Below are positions 37,447 through 47,083 of a DNA stretch of 63,453 nucleotides, piece after piece; position 1 is the first letter of the stretch; every line of letters begins with the position of its first letter. The DNA comes from Candidatus Parvarchaeum sp. (GTDB taxonomy: Archaea; Nanobdellota; Nanobdellia; Parvarchaeales; Parvarchaeaceae). The notes beneath the pieces were generated by a model, which was not told where the DNA came from, made no database searches, and saw only the letters and a program-made list of their open reading frames with translations. The DNA lies in assembly GCA_049965555.1 (NCBI GenBank), contig JBMFWF010000003.1, forward strand, positions 1-63,453, in the 5' to 3' direction. Both the position numbers and the translations under genes were made by a program.

Positions 37447-38549
37447 CAAAGAAAATAAAGGTTTTACTTGTCTCAGTGAGCTTCGCGCCGAGAAGCGGCC
37501 TTGGCATAATAGAGCACGGAATACTCCTCTATAAAGGCTTAAAAAAACACGCTAAATGGATTGATGTGAAGGCATACAGTCTATCAAATAAACGTTTATT
37601 TTATATGATAAACAAGGCAAATAGAAAGTTCACATTGAATGAAGACTTGGCAGACAGCTGGATAAAGGGTAAGCCCGATATAATTCATTACATGTCCCCT
37701 GGCATATTTGTCTCTAGCTTGTTTATTAAACCTGTTCTGAATATAAAATCAAAACAAGTAGTGTCAATACATGATTTGGATATGTTTAAGAAAATACCCA
37801 AAATAGGACTTGACAACTATGTAAACAAAGCCACGACAAAAGGTTATATGTATCTGCCGGTAAAGGCCATGAATAGATTTGCGCACGTTATGGAGAAAAG
37901 AGGGATGCTTCTGGCAATCAAAAAGGCCGATCATATCTTATGCGTTAGTGAAAACACTAGAAAGGATCTTATAAATATGGGTGTAAAACCTTCCAGGATA
38001 TCAGTTATATACAACATAGTTGGAAAAAACTTTAAGAAAATTAAAAAAAATCGTAATAAAGACAAGATAATAATCGGTCACCTAAGTAGTTACGCATACA
38101 ATAAAAACGCAGAAACGCTGATAAAGGCATTCAAAAAAGTAAAGTCAGATAAATTTGAATTGCATCTTTACGGGGCTAAACTCCCTTTTGACATATCTGA
38201 TGACAAGAGGATAAAGTACTTTGGACATGCTGCAAATACAGTCAAAATGTATAATTCATTCGATGTATTTGTTTTCCCTTCTCTTTGGGAGGGATTCGGG
38301 ATGCCTATAATGGAAGCAAAGCGCTGCAGAATACCAGTGATAACCTATAGAAAAGGGGAGCTACCAGACATAGTGAAAAGGAATACACTCCAATTCAAAA
38401 ATGAAAAGGACCTTACTGAAATATTGGAGAAAATGAAATGGAAAAAAGTGAACCTTGACAAAGCATACAATGACACAAAAGAATGCGAAGAAGAAGTTAT
38501 AATAAAAAAATTAGAAGAAATGTACAAAAAAGTACTGGAGGAGGAATAA
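37443..38549 (+). CDS. Glycosyltransferase family 4
   Basis: SIHDL, CVSENT..DL, DVFVFPSLWEGFGMPIMEA. Confidence 0.92.
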   Translation: MTKKIKVLLVSVSFAPRSGLGIIEHGILLYKGLKKHAKWIDVKAYSLSNKRLFYMINKANRKFTLNEDLADSWIKGKPDIIHYMSPGIFVSSLFIKPVLNIKSKQVVSIHDLDMFKKIPKIGLDNYVNKATTKGYMYLPVKAMNRFAHVMEKRGMLLAIKKADHILCVSENTRKDLINMGVKPSRISVIYNIVGKNFKKIKKNRNKDKIIIGHLSSYAYNKNAETLIKAFKKVKSDKFELHLYGAKLPFDISDDKRIKYFGHAANTVKMYNSFDVFVFPSLWEGFGMPIMEAKRCRIPVITYRKGELPDIVKRNTLQFKNEKDLTEILEKMKWKKVNLDKAYNDTKECEEEVIIKKLEEMYKKVLEEE

Positions 38550-39673
38550 TGCTCATAGGTACTTCAACTTCTGCGCATCAAGTAGAAGGAAATGATAAGA
38601 ACACAGACTGGTGGCATTTTGAGATGAACGGAAGACTGCCATACAAATCTGGTAGCGGATGCATGCAGTACAAGTATTTTAAAAAGGACATAGAAATAAT
38701 GAAAAAGCTACATTTAAACGCATATAGGTTTGAGATAAACTTCTCCAGAGTTATGCCTTCTCCGGGAGTAATAAACCTGGGTGCAATAAAACATTATAAG
38801 TCCATTATTAAGGAATTAAAGGACGCAGGAATAGAGCCTATACCGACGCTTTGGCACTACGCTCTGCCGCTTTGGCTTTACAATATACACGGATTCGAAA
38901 GAAGAGAAAATTTCACGTATTTTGTAAAGTACGTTGATTCTCTGCTTAAAAATGACTTGGATGTCAAGTACATACTTACAATAAATGAGCCTGTTATATA
39001 CGCCTCAAAAGCTTATCTTTCCAAGGAATATCCGCCATTTAGAAGATCTTATATAATGTTTAATAGAGTATTGAACAACATACTTTTACTACATAACCAA
39101 GTATATGACATATTGAAGGCCAACGGCTATACTGTTTCATTTGCAAACAATTTTATGGAATTCAAAAGCGATGCTGTATTCTACCCAGTGGCAAAGGCCC
39201 TTGATTACTTATTTAATCAAAGGCCGCTGGTTCAAACAAGGTTTGATTTCATAGGAATAAACTATTACAAAACAATTGATGCAATGAGGTTTTTAGTATC
39301 TAAAATAAACAAGAGCAGGAAAAAGATCTGGTTTGTGGATCCGAAGGGCATAAGTAGGATAGCAGAAAGAGAGTACAAACTTTTCAAAAAGCCAATTATG
39401 ATAACAGAGAATGGGGTTGATACATTGGATGACAAGTATAGAATAAAATTCATAAACGACCATTTCTCTGAGCTTATATCCGCAAAAAAGAAGGGTGTAC
39501 CTGTCTTAGGCTACCTGCATTGGTCATTTCTTGACAATTTTGAATGGAACTTCGGCTACAATAAGAACTTCGGGATAGTAGGTTTTGATAACTTAACTAA
39601 GAGGAGGATAATAAAACCAAGCGCATTTGCATTGAGGGATATAGCCTTGAAGTACGGTAAAAAGCGCAATTAA
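38549..39673 (+). CDS. Glycoside hydrolase family 1 (beta-glycosidase)
   Basis: GTSTSAHQVEG, YRF, TLWHY, TINEP, ITENG, WSFLDNFEW..G; ATG 38549 after GGAGG. Confidence 0.93.
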   Translation: MLIGTSTSAHQVEGNDKNTDWWHFEMNGRLPYKSGSGCMQYKYFKKDIEIMKKLHLNAYRFEINFSRVMPSPGVINLGAIKHYKSIIKELKDAGIEPIPTLWHYALPLWLYNIHGFERRENFTYFVKYVDSLLKNDLDVKYILTINEPVIYASKAYLSKEYPPFRRSYIMFNRVLNNILLLHNQVYDILKANGYTVSFANNFMEFKSDAVFYPVAKALDYLFNQRPLVQTRFDFIGINYYKTIDAMRFLVSKINKSRKKIWFVDPKGISRIAEREYKLFKKPIMITENGVDTLDDKYRIKFINDHFSELISAKKKGVPVLGYLHWSFLDNFEWNFGYNKNFGIVGFDNLTKRRIIKPSAFALRDIALKYGKKRN

Positions 39674-40416
39674 TCCTTGCCTTTGTTCTTTCTTCTTATT
39701 GACTTAAACTTAAACCTGAATCTTTTTGTAAAAAGCGCAGAAACCGAGGCCAAAAAGTAAATCAGGCCGGTCTTTATAGTTCCTTCCTTAGAGTGCCTTC
39801 TGTAAGACATCCTTACATGATCTTTTATCATTCTGAATTTACCCTGCCTCCTAAGCCTCGAAAAGAACTCTTTGTCCTCCGCAACGTCTATATCCTCATT
39901 AAAAAGCCCTGACTTCTTTACAGCGTCTACTCTGCAAAAATCGCAGCCATACGCTGCGGGCACCCAAGTAAAGAAGCTTATCCTCTTGTATAGGTATATA
40001 AGTTCATTTAGCAGCTTGAACTTTATTATGTCCCGCCTTCTAAGGTCTTTTAAATTCAACTTGGGTCTGGGCTCTACGCATACAACCCTGCTATTTTTAG
40101 GGTTTTCCAGATACTTTACGACTGATCCAAAAAGATTCTTTTGCAATATATAATCTGCATCTATCAAGGCAAGGATTTCCCCTTTAGCCTTCTTAATTCC
40201 GGCATTTCTAGCAGCAGACACATTTGTCTTAGGTATTCTTATTACCTTTACGCCAAACTTTCTAAGTATCTTTAGAGTATTATCAGTAGAGGAATCCGCC
40301 GCGATTATCTCATAATTTTTATAGGTCTGCTGACCTATTGATCTAATCAAATCTGACACGTAGCTTTCTTCATTGTAAACAGGTATAATTACAGAGATCT
40401 TTGGCTGGCCTTTCAT
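39670..40416 (-). CDS. Glycosyltransferase family 2
   Basis: ISVIIPVYNEE, STD.T, ARNAG, DAD, AED. Confidence 0.92.
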   Translation of the reverse strand: MKGQPKISVIIPVYNEESYVSDLIRSIGQQTYKNYEIIAADSSTDNTLKILRKFGVKVIRIPKTNVSAARNAGIKKAKGEILALIDADYILQKNLFGSVVKYLENPKNSRVVCVEPRPKLNLKDLRRRDIIKFKLLNELIYLYKRISFFTWVPAAYGCDFCRVDAVKKSGLFNEDIDVAEDKEFFSRLRRQGKFRMIKDHVRMSYRRHSKEGTIKTGLIYFLASVSALFTKRFRFKFKSIRRKNKGKD

Positions 40417-40549
40417 ATTATAAACATTTTTAATAACATAATTATTTAAAAACTATAATATTTGATTAAAGAATCCCTAATTAGTAGCAATAAAAATTGC
40501 AAAATAATCTATTTATCGACCAAAAACCAAGAAAGATTGAGGTGGTGTT

Positions 40550-40738
40550 ATGGCGTACACATTCGCATGTAAGGATATAGGAATGGATTGCGGATTTAAG
40601 ACCAAAGCAAAAACAAAGGAAGAACTCATGCCATTGATAGCAAAGCATGCTAAGGAAAAACATGGTATGGACCCTATCCCTCCAGATGTAATGCAAAAGG
40701 TCGAAGCTGCAATAAAAGAGAAGAAAGGGCTCTTCTAA
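40550..40738 (+). CDS. DUF1059 small metal-binding protein
   Basis: F.CKDIGMDC.F...A...EEL.....HA...H; GAGGTG SD. Confidence 0.85.
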   Translation: MAYTFACKDIGMDCGFKTKAKTKEELMPLIAKHAKEKHGMDPIPPDVMQKVEAAIKEKKGLF

Positions 40739-40757
40739 ATATTTTATTGTTTTTATT

Positions 40758-41234
40758 TTATTCTTTAATACAATTTTCTAGGATTTCTTTTGTGAACTCT
40801 TCTCTACTCTTAAAAGGAGGGTAAGAAGAAAGGTACTTAATCCAAGGGTGGTGTAGCAGTTTACTGTCTTCTATTATTACATAAGTTGGTTTGGATAGGT
40901 GGGCTGAATTGTAAAAAAGCTCCATAGCGGTGCCCATGCTGTTTTCAGTGAGAATTGCAAGAATGCCATCGCACCTGTCTATAGCATTTAAATCATCCTC
41001 TACTATAGACTTGTAATCCATATTCTGAGTGTAAATACTACCTTCCCTTAATTCTGTCGAGTCCTTTCTGTAATTATCAAAAAAAGGGTTAAGCAAGGTT
41101 ATATTATATTTTTCCTCTATTGCAAGTTCCCATTCTCTTATCTCTTTGCGGGCCGCGGTTGGATGTGCTAGGTAAAAGGTCTTCTTGCTCTTAAAATCTG
41201 ATATTATTCCATCGAGATTCTTGTAAACTACCAT
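40758..41234 (-). CDS. Nucleoside 2-deoxyribosyltransferase / dNMP N-glycosidase-like
   Basis: YLAHP, LNPF, DL.AID.CD..LA, S.GT.ME; N-terminal extension with LDGII. Confidence 0.75.
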   Translation of the reverse strand: MVVYKNLDGIISDFKSKKTFYLAHPTAARKEIREWELAIEEKYNITLLNPFFDNYRKDSTELREGSIYTQNMDYKSIVEDDLNAIDRCDGILAILTENSMGTAMELFYNSAHLSKPTYVIIEDSKLLHHPWIKYLSSYPPFKSREEFTKEILENCIKE

Positions 41235-41281
41235 TTATTGGTATTGTAACTGTATTTAATAAGCTTTAATCAATAAAAATA

Positions 41282-41356
41282 TGGGGCAGCCGGGATTTGA
41301 ACCCGGAACATCCAGAGCCCAAGTCTGGCATCATAACCAAGTTAGATCACCGCCCC
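41282..41356 (-). tRNA. tRNA-Pro(TGG)
   Basis: GGGGCGG/CTGCCCC acceptor, CCAGA-CT-TGG-GC-TCTGG, TTCAAAT. Confidence 0.95.
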
Positions 41357-41396
41357 TTACAACGTAAAGAATATTCCTTCTTATTAATAGGTTATC

Positions 41397-41966
41397 CTAT
41401 TCATCAGTATAATGATTTTTAAGCTTGAGCTGCAGCTCTTCCTGAGAGATATTCTTTAATATTAGCTCGCCTAGCTTTACTTCCTTTTCACTAATTCTAG
41501 AATAATCATAGAATTTGCCTAAGCGTTTATCAAAATAAAAACCCGCGCCCGAAAAGAAAGTTATCCTTTCGCTTGAAATGTAAAATTTATTAATCTCATT
41601 TCTTGCAGTCAAAAAGTAATCTATCGAACCATTGTACTTGTTTTCCACCGCACAATTGCCATTTTCTTTTATTACGCCCTCCAAGTATGATTCTAGCATC
41701 CCACTTTTCTTCGACTCCGCTAGCTTCTTCAAATCAGATACTAATATATCCTTCCCTACAAGTGTTCTAAGCAGGAAAAGCGAATTTATGTAATCTTTTC
41801 TGTAAATCTTTTCAAAGTCCGGTAACATCCCACATGTTTCAAAAGACAGAGAATCTGTAGACACTTGTTCAGCGGGTGTCTTTACTAGGCTATCCAATTT
41901 CTTCGCCTTTTCCTTTATTGCAAAAACCAAAGGACTAACCTTCTCATCGTAAGTTACCGCAACCAT
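41397..41966 (-). CDS. Hypothetical protein (LDSLV motif)
   Basis: 189-aa ORF; TTTATATA about 30 nt upstream. Confidence 0.72.
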   Translation of the reverse strand: MVAVTYDEKVSPLVFAIKEKAKKLDSLVKTPAEQVSTDSLSFETCGMLPDFEKIYRKDYINSLFLLRTLVGKDILVSDLKKLAESKKSGMLESYLEGVIKENGNCAVENKYNGSIDYFLTARNEINKFYISSERITFFSGAGFYFDKRLGKFYDYSRISEKEVKLGELILKNISQEELQLKLKNHYTDE

Positions 41967-42108
41967 CTTTTAGAACTAGAATTAAACTTATATATAAATA
42001 TTACAGGAAAATTTCCAATTTTATTGGAATTTTTACAATAAACATGCATCAAATGCTATCAACCTATCTAAAATATTCTAAGGAAATATGTTTTTATGCG
42101 AATATGGA

Positions 42109-42300
42109 TTACTCCATATTTGAGAAGTTTATTATGTTGTCTTCATCTACTGTACCAAGAAAGACCGCTCTGCAGCAGTACCTTTTTATACCAAGTTCAT
42201 CTAGAACCTCTTTAGGCGATTTATTTGCTATCTCTTCCTTGTACTTCTCCCAATATTGTGACAAGGGCTTACCGCAACTATAACATCTCATTGGTATCAT
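42109..42300 (-). CDS. rpoN: RNA polymerase subunit N (Rpo10)
   Basis: IP.RC.SCGK...LD.LG..RYCCR. Confidence 0.95.
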   Translation of the reverse strand: MIPMRCYSCGKPLSQYWEKYKEEIANKSPKEVLDELGIKRYCCRAVFLGTVDEDNIINFSNME

Positions 42301-42524
42301 ATCATTTCTATAACTGTAACTGTGCGCATTATACCGTTCATTTTCCTTATTTTTCTAACGAACTCTTGTATATCATGGGTTGTCTTTGTGTTTATAACGA
42401 AAACAGCGTCGTATTCTCCATAAACCTGAAAAGCTTCCTTAACTTCTGGAAGTTTTTTGACGTTTTCAAAAGTTTTTTCTGTTTTTTCAGGAGCCATGTT
42501 GACAAGTACAATAGCTTTGACCAT
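42297..42524 (-). CDS. Stand-alone Lrp/AsnC ligand-binding (RAM) domain
   Basis: AIVLVN, EVKEA..VYGEYD, IR...G..RT.T. Confidence 0.85.
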   Translation of the reverse strand: MVKAIVLVNMAPEKTEKTFENVKKLPEVKEAFQVYGEYDAVFVINTKTTHDIQEFVRKIRKMNGIMRTVTVIEMI

Positions 42525-42584
42525 TGTTATTTAATGTAAAATCAACGTATTTAAGCTTTATGCAACCTATATTATTGAAATAAT

Positions 42585-43184
42585 ATGATAGTTATAGATG
42601 TTGAAACCTCTGGAACTGATCCTTACAAGAATTCTATATTAAGTATAGGGGCAATTGATTTTTCCAACCCTGAAAGGCAGTTCTATGAAGAATGCCAAAT
42701 TGAAAAAGACAAGGAGTACACTGAGGAAGCTTTGAATGTAAATGGCTTTAAAAAAGAAGAATTAACTAGCCCAAAAAAGAAGACTTTAGAAAATGTATTA
42801 AATGAATTTTTTGAATGGATGAAACCTTTAGAAGACAAAACAATAGGCGGCCATAATGTAAACTTTGATGCAGGATTCTTAAATTATTCGTTCAAAAGAT
42901 ACAACATAAATTTCTCATTTGGACACAGAGTATTAGACACGCATTCTCTTGTTTATGCATCCTTATTAAGTAGAGGGCTGAAAATCCCACTAAAAAATGA
43001 AAAAACCAACATAAACTCAGATTATGTATTCAACTATGTTGGCTTGCCATCCGAACCTAAACCACACAATGCATTGAATGGGGCAAAAATGGAGGCGGAA
43101 GCGATATCAAGACTTATCTTTGGAAGAAAGCTCTTGAACGAATATTATAACTATGATGTCCCGGCGTACCTATCAAAAATCTAA
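42585..43184 (+). CDS. DEDDh 3'-5' exonuclease (DnaQ-like)
   Basis: IDVETSG, GHNVNFD..FL, LDT, HNAL. Confidence 0.88.
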   Translation: MIVIDVETSGTDPYKNSILSIGAIDFSNPERQFYEECQIEKDKEYTEEALNVNGFKKEELTSPKKKTLENVLNEFFEWMKPLEDKTIGGHNVNFDAGFLNYSFKRYNINFSFGHRVLDTHSLVYASLLSRGLKIPLKNEKTNINSDYVFNYVGLPSEPKPHNALNGAKMEAEAISRLIFGRKLLNEYYNYDVPAYLSKI

Positions 43185-43234
43185 TATTCGATAAGATAAA
43201 GATATTTATCTGTTTGTAGACAGATTCTTAAAAT

Positions 43235-43305
43235 GCGGTCATAGTATAGTGGTAGAACATCAGCCCTCCAAGCTGAGAACGCGGGTTCGAATCCCGCTGA
43301 CCGCA
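43235..43305 (+). tRNA. tRNA-Gly(TCC), with C at position 33
   Basis: GCGGTCA/TGACCGC acceptor, TCAGC-CC-TCC-AA-GCTGA, TTCGAAT. Confidence 0.9.
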
Positions 43306-43422
43306 ATTAATACTATTTACGTATATACACCTAAAACTAAAAACAATACAGAAAACAGAAAATAATTACTTACAAAATATTTAAGAAGATATAATTAAAT
43401 TTTAGCAACTTGTTAAGATATC

Positions 43423-44757
43423 ATGACAAAGAAGTATGAAATTATAATAATCGGGGCAGGAGTAGTTGGCACTGCAAGCATGTATGCTCTCAGCAGGTAT
43501 TCTGAATTCAAAGATGTACTTATAATAGAGAAGGAAAAAGATGTTGCATTGCTTAACTCAAACAGCAACAATAACAGCCAAACCCTTCATTCTGGAGAAA
43601 TAGAAACAAACTATTCAATAGAAAAAACAAAGGAGACTAAGGAAAATGCAAAATTAGTCGTAAGTTATGCTAATAAGGAATTGAGTGAAGATGAAAGAAA
43701 GAATGTCATACAAAAATGCCAGAAAATGACCCTTGCAGTCGGAGATGATGAAATAGATAAACTTGAAAAAAGATATAACTCGGAATTTAAGGAAATATTC
43801 CCATATGTCAAAAAATTAGATAAAAAAGAGGAAATAGCAAAAGTTGAACCAAATGTAGTAAAAGGAAGGGCAGAAAATGAAAACTTACTTGCACTTTTCA
43901 CAGATAATGGGTATATGGTTGATTACCATAATCTTTCTAAATCTTTCATTGACATAGCTTTAAAAAGGGATTCATTTAAAGTCAGATTCAATGAAGAAGT
44001 AAAAGAGATAAAAAAGACTTCTGAAGGTTACATAATAAAAACCAATAAAAACGAATTTATTTCAGATTCTGTTTTAGTAACAGCTGGCGCATACAGCCTT
44101 TTCTTCGCCAAAAAATTAGGCTACGGCACCAATCTAGGGATATTATCTGTTGGTGGCAAGTTCTATTACTCAAAAAAAGTACTGAATGGAAAGGTTTACA
44201 GGGTGGAAAGAGAAGGTATACCTTTTGCAGCCGTACACGGCGATCCCGACATTACAGATCCAAACATAACTAGGTTTGGGCCGACAGTTAACATATACCC
44301 TGAACTTGAAAAAGGAAACTTATATTCAATGCCGGATTACTTTCGCTCACTTAACTTCAATGAGGATACCGCAAAGAGCCTAGAAAACATACTCTTTGAT
44401 AAAACAATCTCAAAAATTGTCAAGGAAAACTTAATTTACTCTATACCATTCATTGGCAAGATATCTTTCACTAAGAATGAAGTAAACAAGATAGTACCTT
44501 CACTCAAACCTGATGACCTCAAGCTTGCCGAGAATGTCGGTGGGATAAGACCCCAGATAATAGACACGAATAAAAAGCAGCTTGCGTTGGGCGGAACTGC
44601 AATAGAAGGAGATGGTGCCCTCTTTTCAGTAACACCATCCCCCGGAGCAACATCCTGCTTAAAGGAAGCAATGGATAACTGCCTTTACCTTGCAGATTAC
44701 AATGAAAAACAGTTTTATCTTGAAAAATTTAAACAAGATTTAGATTATAAATTATAG
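43423..44757 (+). CDS. mqo: Malate:quinone oxidoreductase-like FAD oxidoreductase
   Basis: GAGVVG FAD motif, NSQTLHSGEIETNY, LNGKVY, PFAAVHGDPD, RFGPT, GGIRPQ, TPSPGATSCL; resembles the Helicobacter/Campylobacter-type MQO group. Confidence 0.78.
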   Translation: MTKKYEIIIIGAGVVGTASMYALSRYSEFKDVLIIEKEKDVALLNSNSNNNSQTLHSGEIETNYSIEKTKETKENAKLVVSYANKELSEDERKNVIQKCQKMTLAVGDDEIDKLEKRYNSEFKEIFPYVKKLDKKEEIAKVEPNVVKGRAENENLLALFTDNGYMVDYHNLSKSFIDIALKRDSFKVRFNEEVKEIKKTSEGYIIKTNKNEFISDSVLVTAGAYSLFFAKKLGYGTNLGILSVGGKFYYSKKVLNGKVYRVEREGIPFAAVHGDPDITDPNITRFGPTVNIYPELEKGNLYSMPDYFRSLNFNEDTAKSLENILFDKTISKIVKENLIYSIPFIGKISFTKNEVNKIVPSLKPDDLKLAENVGGIRPQIIDTNKKQLALGGTAIEGDGALFSVTPSPGATSCLKEAMDNCLYLADYNEKQFYLEKFKQDLDYKL

Positions 44758-44801
44758 ATAAAAATAATATTACTTTAATAGTTATAAAGTAATATGATTT
44801 T

Positions 44802-45818
44802 ATGAAGATATTGTTTATAGGAAGGTTTCAGCCCTTTCACAAAGGCCACCTTAATACAATACTTTCAATCTGTAAAAGAGAAGATAAAATAAAAATAGTT
44901 ATTGGTAGCAAGCAGTTTTCTTTTACTAAAGAAAATCCCTTTACATTTGAAGAAAGGAAAGAGATGATTGAACTTTCGCTTAAAGATGAGAATTTTAAAA
45001 ATTTCGAAATATTCGGTGTAGAAGATAAAGAATCACATAGCAAGTGGTTTAAAGAACTTGTAAACACTGTTGGTTACTTTGATGTGTGCTACACTGGAAA
45101 TAATCTTGTTGAAAAAATACTTTTAGGGAACAAAATTAGAGTAGAAAAAATAAAGGAATTCAAGCGTGATAAATACTCCGGGACAAAGATAAGAAAGAGA
45201 ATTTTATCGGACAAAACAGTAGATAATTTAATACCAAACGGGACTTTAAAAGTTATAAACAAAATAAACGGAACAGAGAGAATAAAGAGCATTAACATAA
45301 ATAGTATTAAAAGGATATTCACTGTAGGACATTCTACTAGAGATATAAAAGATTTTGTATCATTGATGAAGGAATATGGAATTAAGGAGGTTGTAGACAT
45401 AAGAACAATAGCAAGGTCTAGACATAATCCACAGTTTAACTCTTATGACTTAAAGACAATCTTATTTGAAAATGGAATTAGATATAAACACTTTAAAGAA
45501 TTAGGAGGCCTCAGAAAAGCTGATAAAGATTCAATTAATACATTTTGGGAAAACGACTCTTTCAGAGGTTTTGCTGATTACATGAAAAAGAAGGAATTCA
45601 AAGAAGGGATAGATAAGCTAATTAAACTAGCACTTAAAAAAAGAGTCACGATAATGTGTGCTGAGATATTGCCATGGAATTGCCATCGCTCACTTATAGC
45701 GGATTTACTTACTGCAAAACACTTTTCAGTGACACATATAATAAACCACAATCAAACATTAGAACATAAATTAAACAAGCATGCAATAAAATACCGGGGC
45801 AGCCTTATCTATAGATAA
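44802..45818 (+). CDS. nadM: NMN adenylyltransferase (NadM) fused to DUF488
   Basis: GRFQPFHKGH, NPFT..ER..MI, SGT.IR; then IFTVGHS, VDIR...SR.NPQF, LGG.R, MCAE..PW.CHRSLIAD. Confidence 0.88.
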   Translation: MKILFIGRFQPFHKGHLNTILSICKREDKIKIVIGSKQFSFTKENPFTFEERKEMIELSLKDENFKNFEIFGVEDKESHSKWFKELVNTVGYFDVCYTGNNLVEKILLGNKIRVEKIKEFKRDKYSGTKIRKRILSDKTVDNLIPNGTLKVINKINGTERIKSININSIKRIFTVGHSTRDIKDFVSLMKEYGIKEVVDIRTIARSRHNPQFNSYDLKTILFENGIRYKHFKELGGLRKADKDSINTFWENDSFRGFADYMKKKEFKEGIDKLIKLALKKRVTIMCAEILPWNCHRSLIADLLTAKHFSVTHIINHNQTLEHKLNKHAIKYRGSLIYR

Positions 45819-45821
45819 ATT

Positions 45822-46301
45822 TTATTTATTTGAGTATTCTTCTTCCTTGTCTTCTTTTACTTCTAGAGGTATACCTGATTTGCTAAAAAGATCAACAGTA
45901 TCTTTATCATCATGGTATTTCTTAAATGCGACAACTCTTTTAATGCCCACTTGAACGAGCATTTTTGCGCATGTGAAGCAGGGTTCCATTGTAACGTAAG
46001 CTGTCGATCCATCAAGGGAAACCCCAAATTTAGCTGCTTGCGTTATTGCATTTTGCTCTGCATGTATTGTTCTCACACAGTGTGTAGTTATTTCTCCCGT
46101 TTCATTGTCGTATTGCTTTCTTAATAAGTGACCAACATCATCGCAATGGGGCATTCCTTTGGGAGAACCTGCGTATCCTGTGGCTAAAATCCTGTTTTCT
46201 TTTACAATAACGCAGGCCGCATGTCCTCTGTCGCATGTTGACCTTTCCGCTACTTTTTTTGTTATCTCTGTAAAATATTCATCCCAGCTTGGCCTTACCA
46301 T
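45822..46301 (-). CDS. dCMP deaminase (ComEB-like)
   Basis: RPSWDEYF, RSTC, TGY.G, HAEQNAI, PCxxC. Confidence 0.92.
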   Translation of the reverse strand: MVRPSWDEYFTEITKKVAERSTCDRGHAACVIVKENRILATGYAGSPKGMPHCDDVGHLLRKQYDNETGEITTHCVRTIHAEQNAITQAAKFGVSLDGSTAYVTMEPCFTCAKMLVQVGIKRVVAFKKYHDDKDTVDLFSKSGIPLEVKEDKEEEYSNK

Positions 46302-46392
46302 TATAGTACATTTTAATTGTACAATAAATAATTTCTCTAAAATATTTAAACGAATGATGCTATATATGTATGTAATAATTCTAGGAGGTAAT

Positions 46393-46983
46393 ATGGAAAT
46401 AGGAAAAGAAGTATTTGAATTTAAGGAAAAAGCATATTTTCCAGACAGTGATGAGATAAAGCCGGTAGATTTGAAAAGCTACCGCGGAAAGTGGGTTCTT
46501 TTAACTTTTTATCCAGGAGATTTCACGTTCGTTTGCGCCACAGATATCGAAGCATTAATGGAGAAATACAGCGAATTTGAAAGTGAAGATATTGCAGTCT
46601 TTGTTATTAGCGCAGATACGGTATTTTCTCATAAGGGGTGGGTTCAGGCTTCTCCAAGAGTAGGCAAGAGCAAGATACCTATGATAGAAGACCCAAAAAA
46701 GGAGATAATTACAAATTACGGTTTCTTAAACAGTGAAACCGGCGGAGCCAGAAGAGGGATGGTAATAATAGACCCTGATGGGAAGTTACAGTACTATTCA
46801 ATTTTCAACGATGCACTTGGAAAGGACATTAACCATATAATGTTTGCATTGAAAGGGCTTAAAGCAATATACAATGCAAAAGAGTCTGAAGGCCACATCT
46901 GCATAGTGCCAGCAATATCAAAACCTAGTGAAACTGTGAAAACTATGGACGTTGATACTGTAAAGGATATAGGAAAGCTTTAA
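46393..46983 (+). CDS. Peroxiredoxin (AhpC/TSA)
   Basis: FYPGDFTFVC peroxidatic motif, R..IIDPDG; ATG 46393 after GGAGGT. Confidence 0.88.
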   Translation: MEIGKEVFEFKEKAYFPDSDEIKPVDLKSYRGKWVLLTFYPGDFTFVCATDIEALMEKYSEFESEDIAVFVISADTVFSHKGWVQASPRVGKSKIPMIEDPKKEIITNYGFLNSETGGARRGMVIIDPDGKLQYYSIFNDALGKDINHIMFALKGLKAIYNAKESEGHICIVPAISKPSETVKTMDVDTVKDIGKL

Positions 46984-47083
46984 GATACCTATCATAAGTT
47001 AAGCAAAACAATCTATAGTTAATTTACAATTAGCGTATAACTAAGAAGGCATTTAAGGAGCTATAGACTTTTGCCAAAGAATG

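Noticed and set aside
43260-43276. Reading the tRNA as Trp(CCA) by shifting the loop
   Set aside because: The shift destroys the TCAGC/GCTGA stem, and the acceptor GCG/CGC with A73 matches Gly.
45807-45818. IYR C-terminus of NadM-DUF488 as an HbYX tail
   Set aside because: It directly ends the DUF488 domain (G.L.Y-type terminal strand) with no flexible linker, so it is probably coincidental.
46159-46392. Long N-terminal extension of the peroxiredoxin ORF (similarly 38483, 53299, 36111, 21149, 58360)
   Set aside because: The extensions overlap neighbouring genes or promoter regions; downstream starts fit SD/TATA spacing and family N-termini better.
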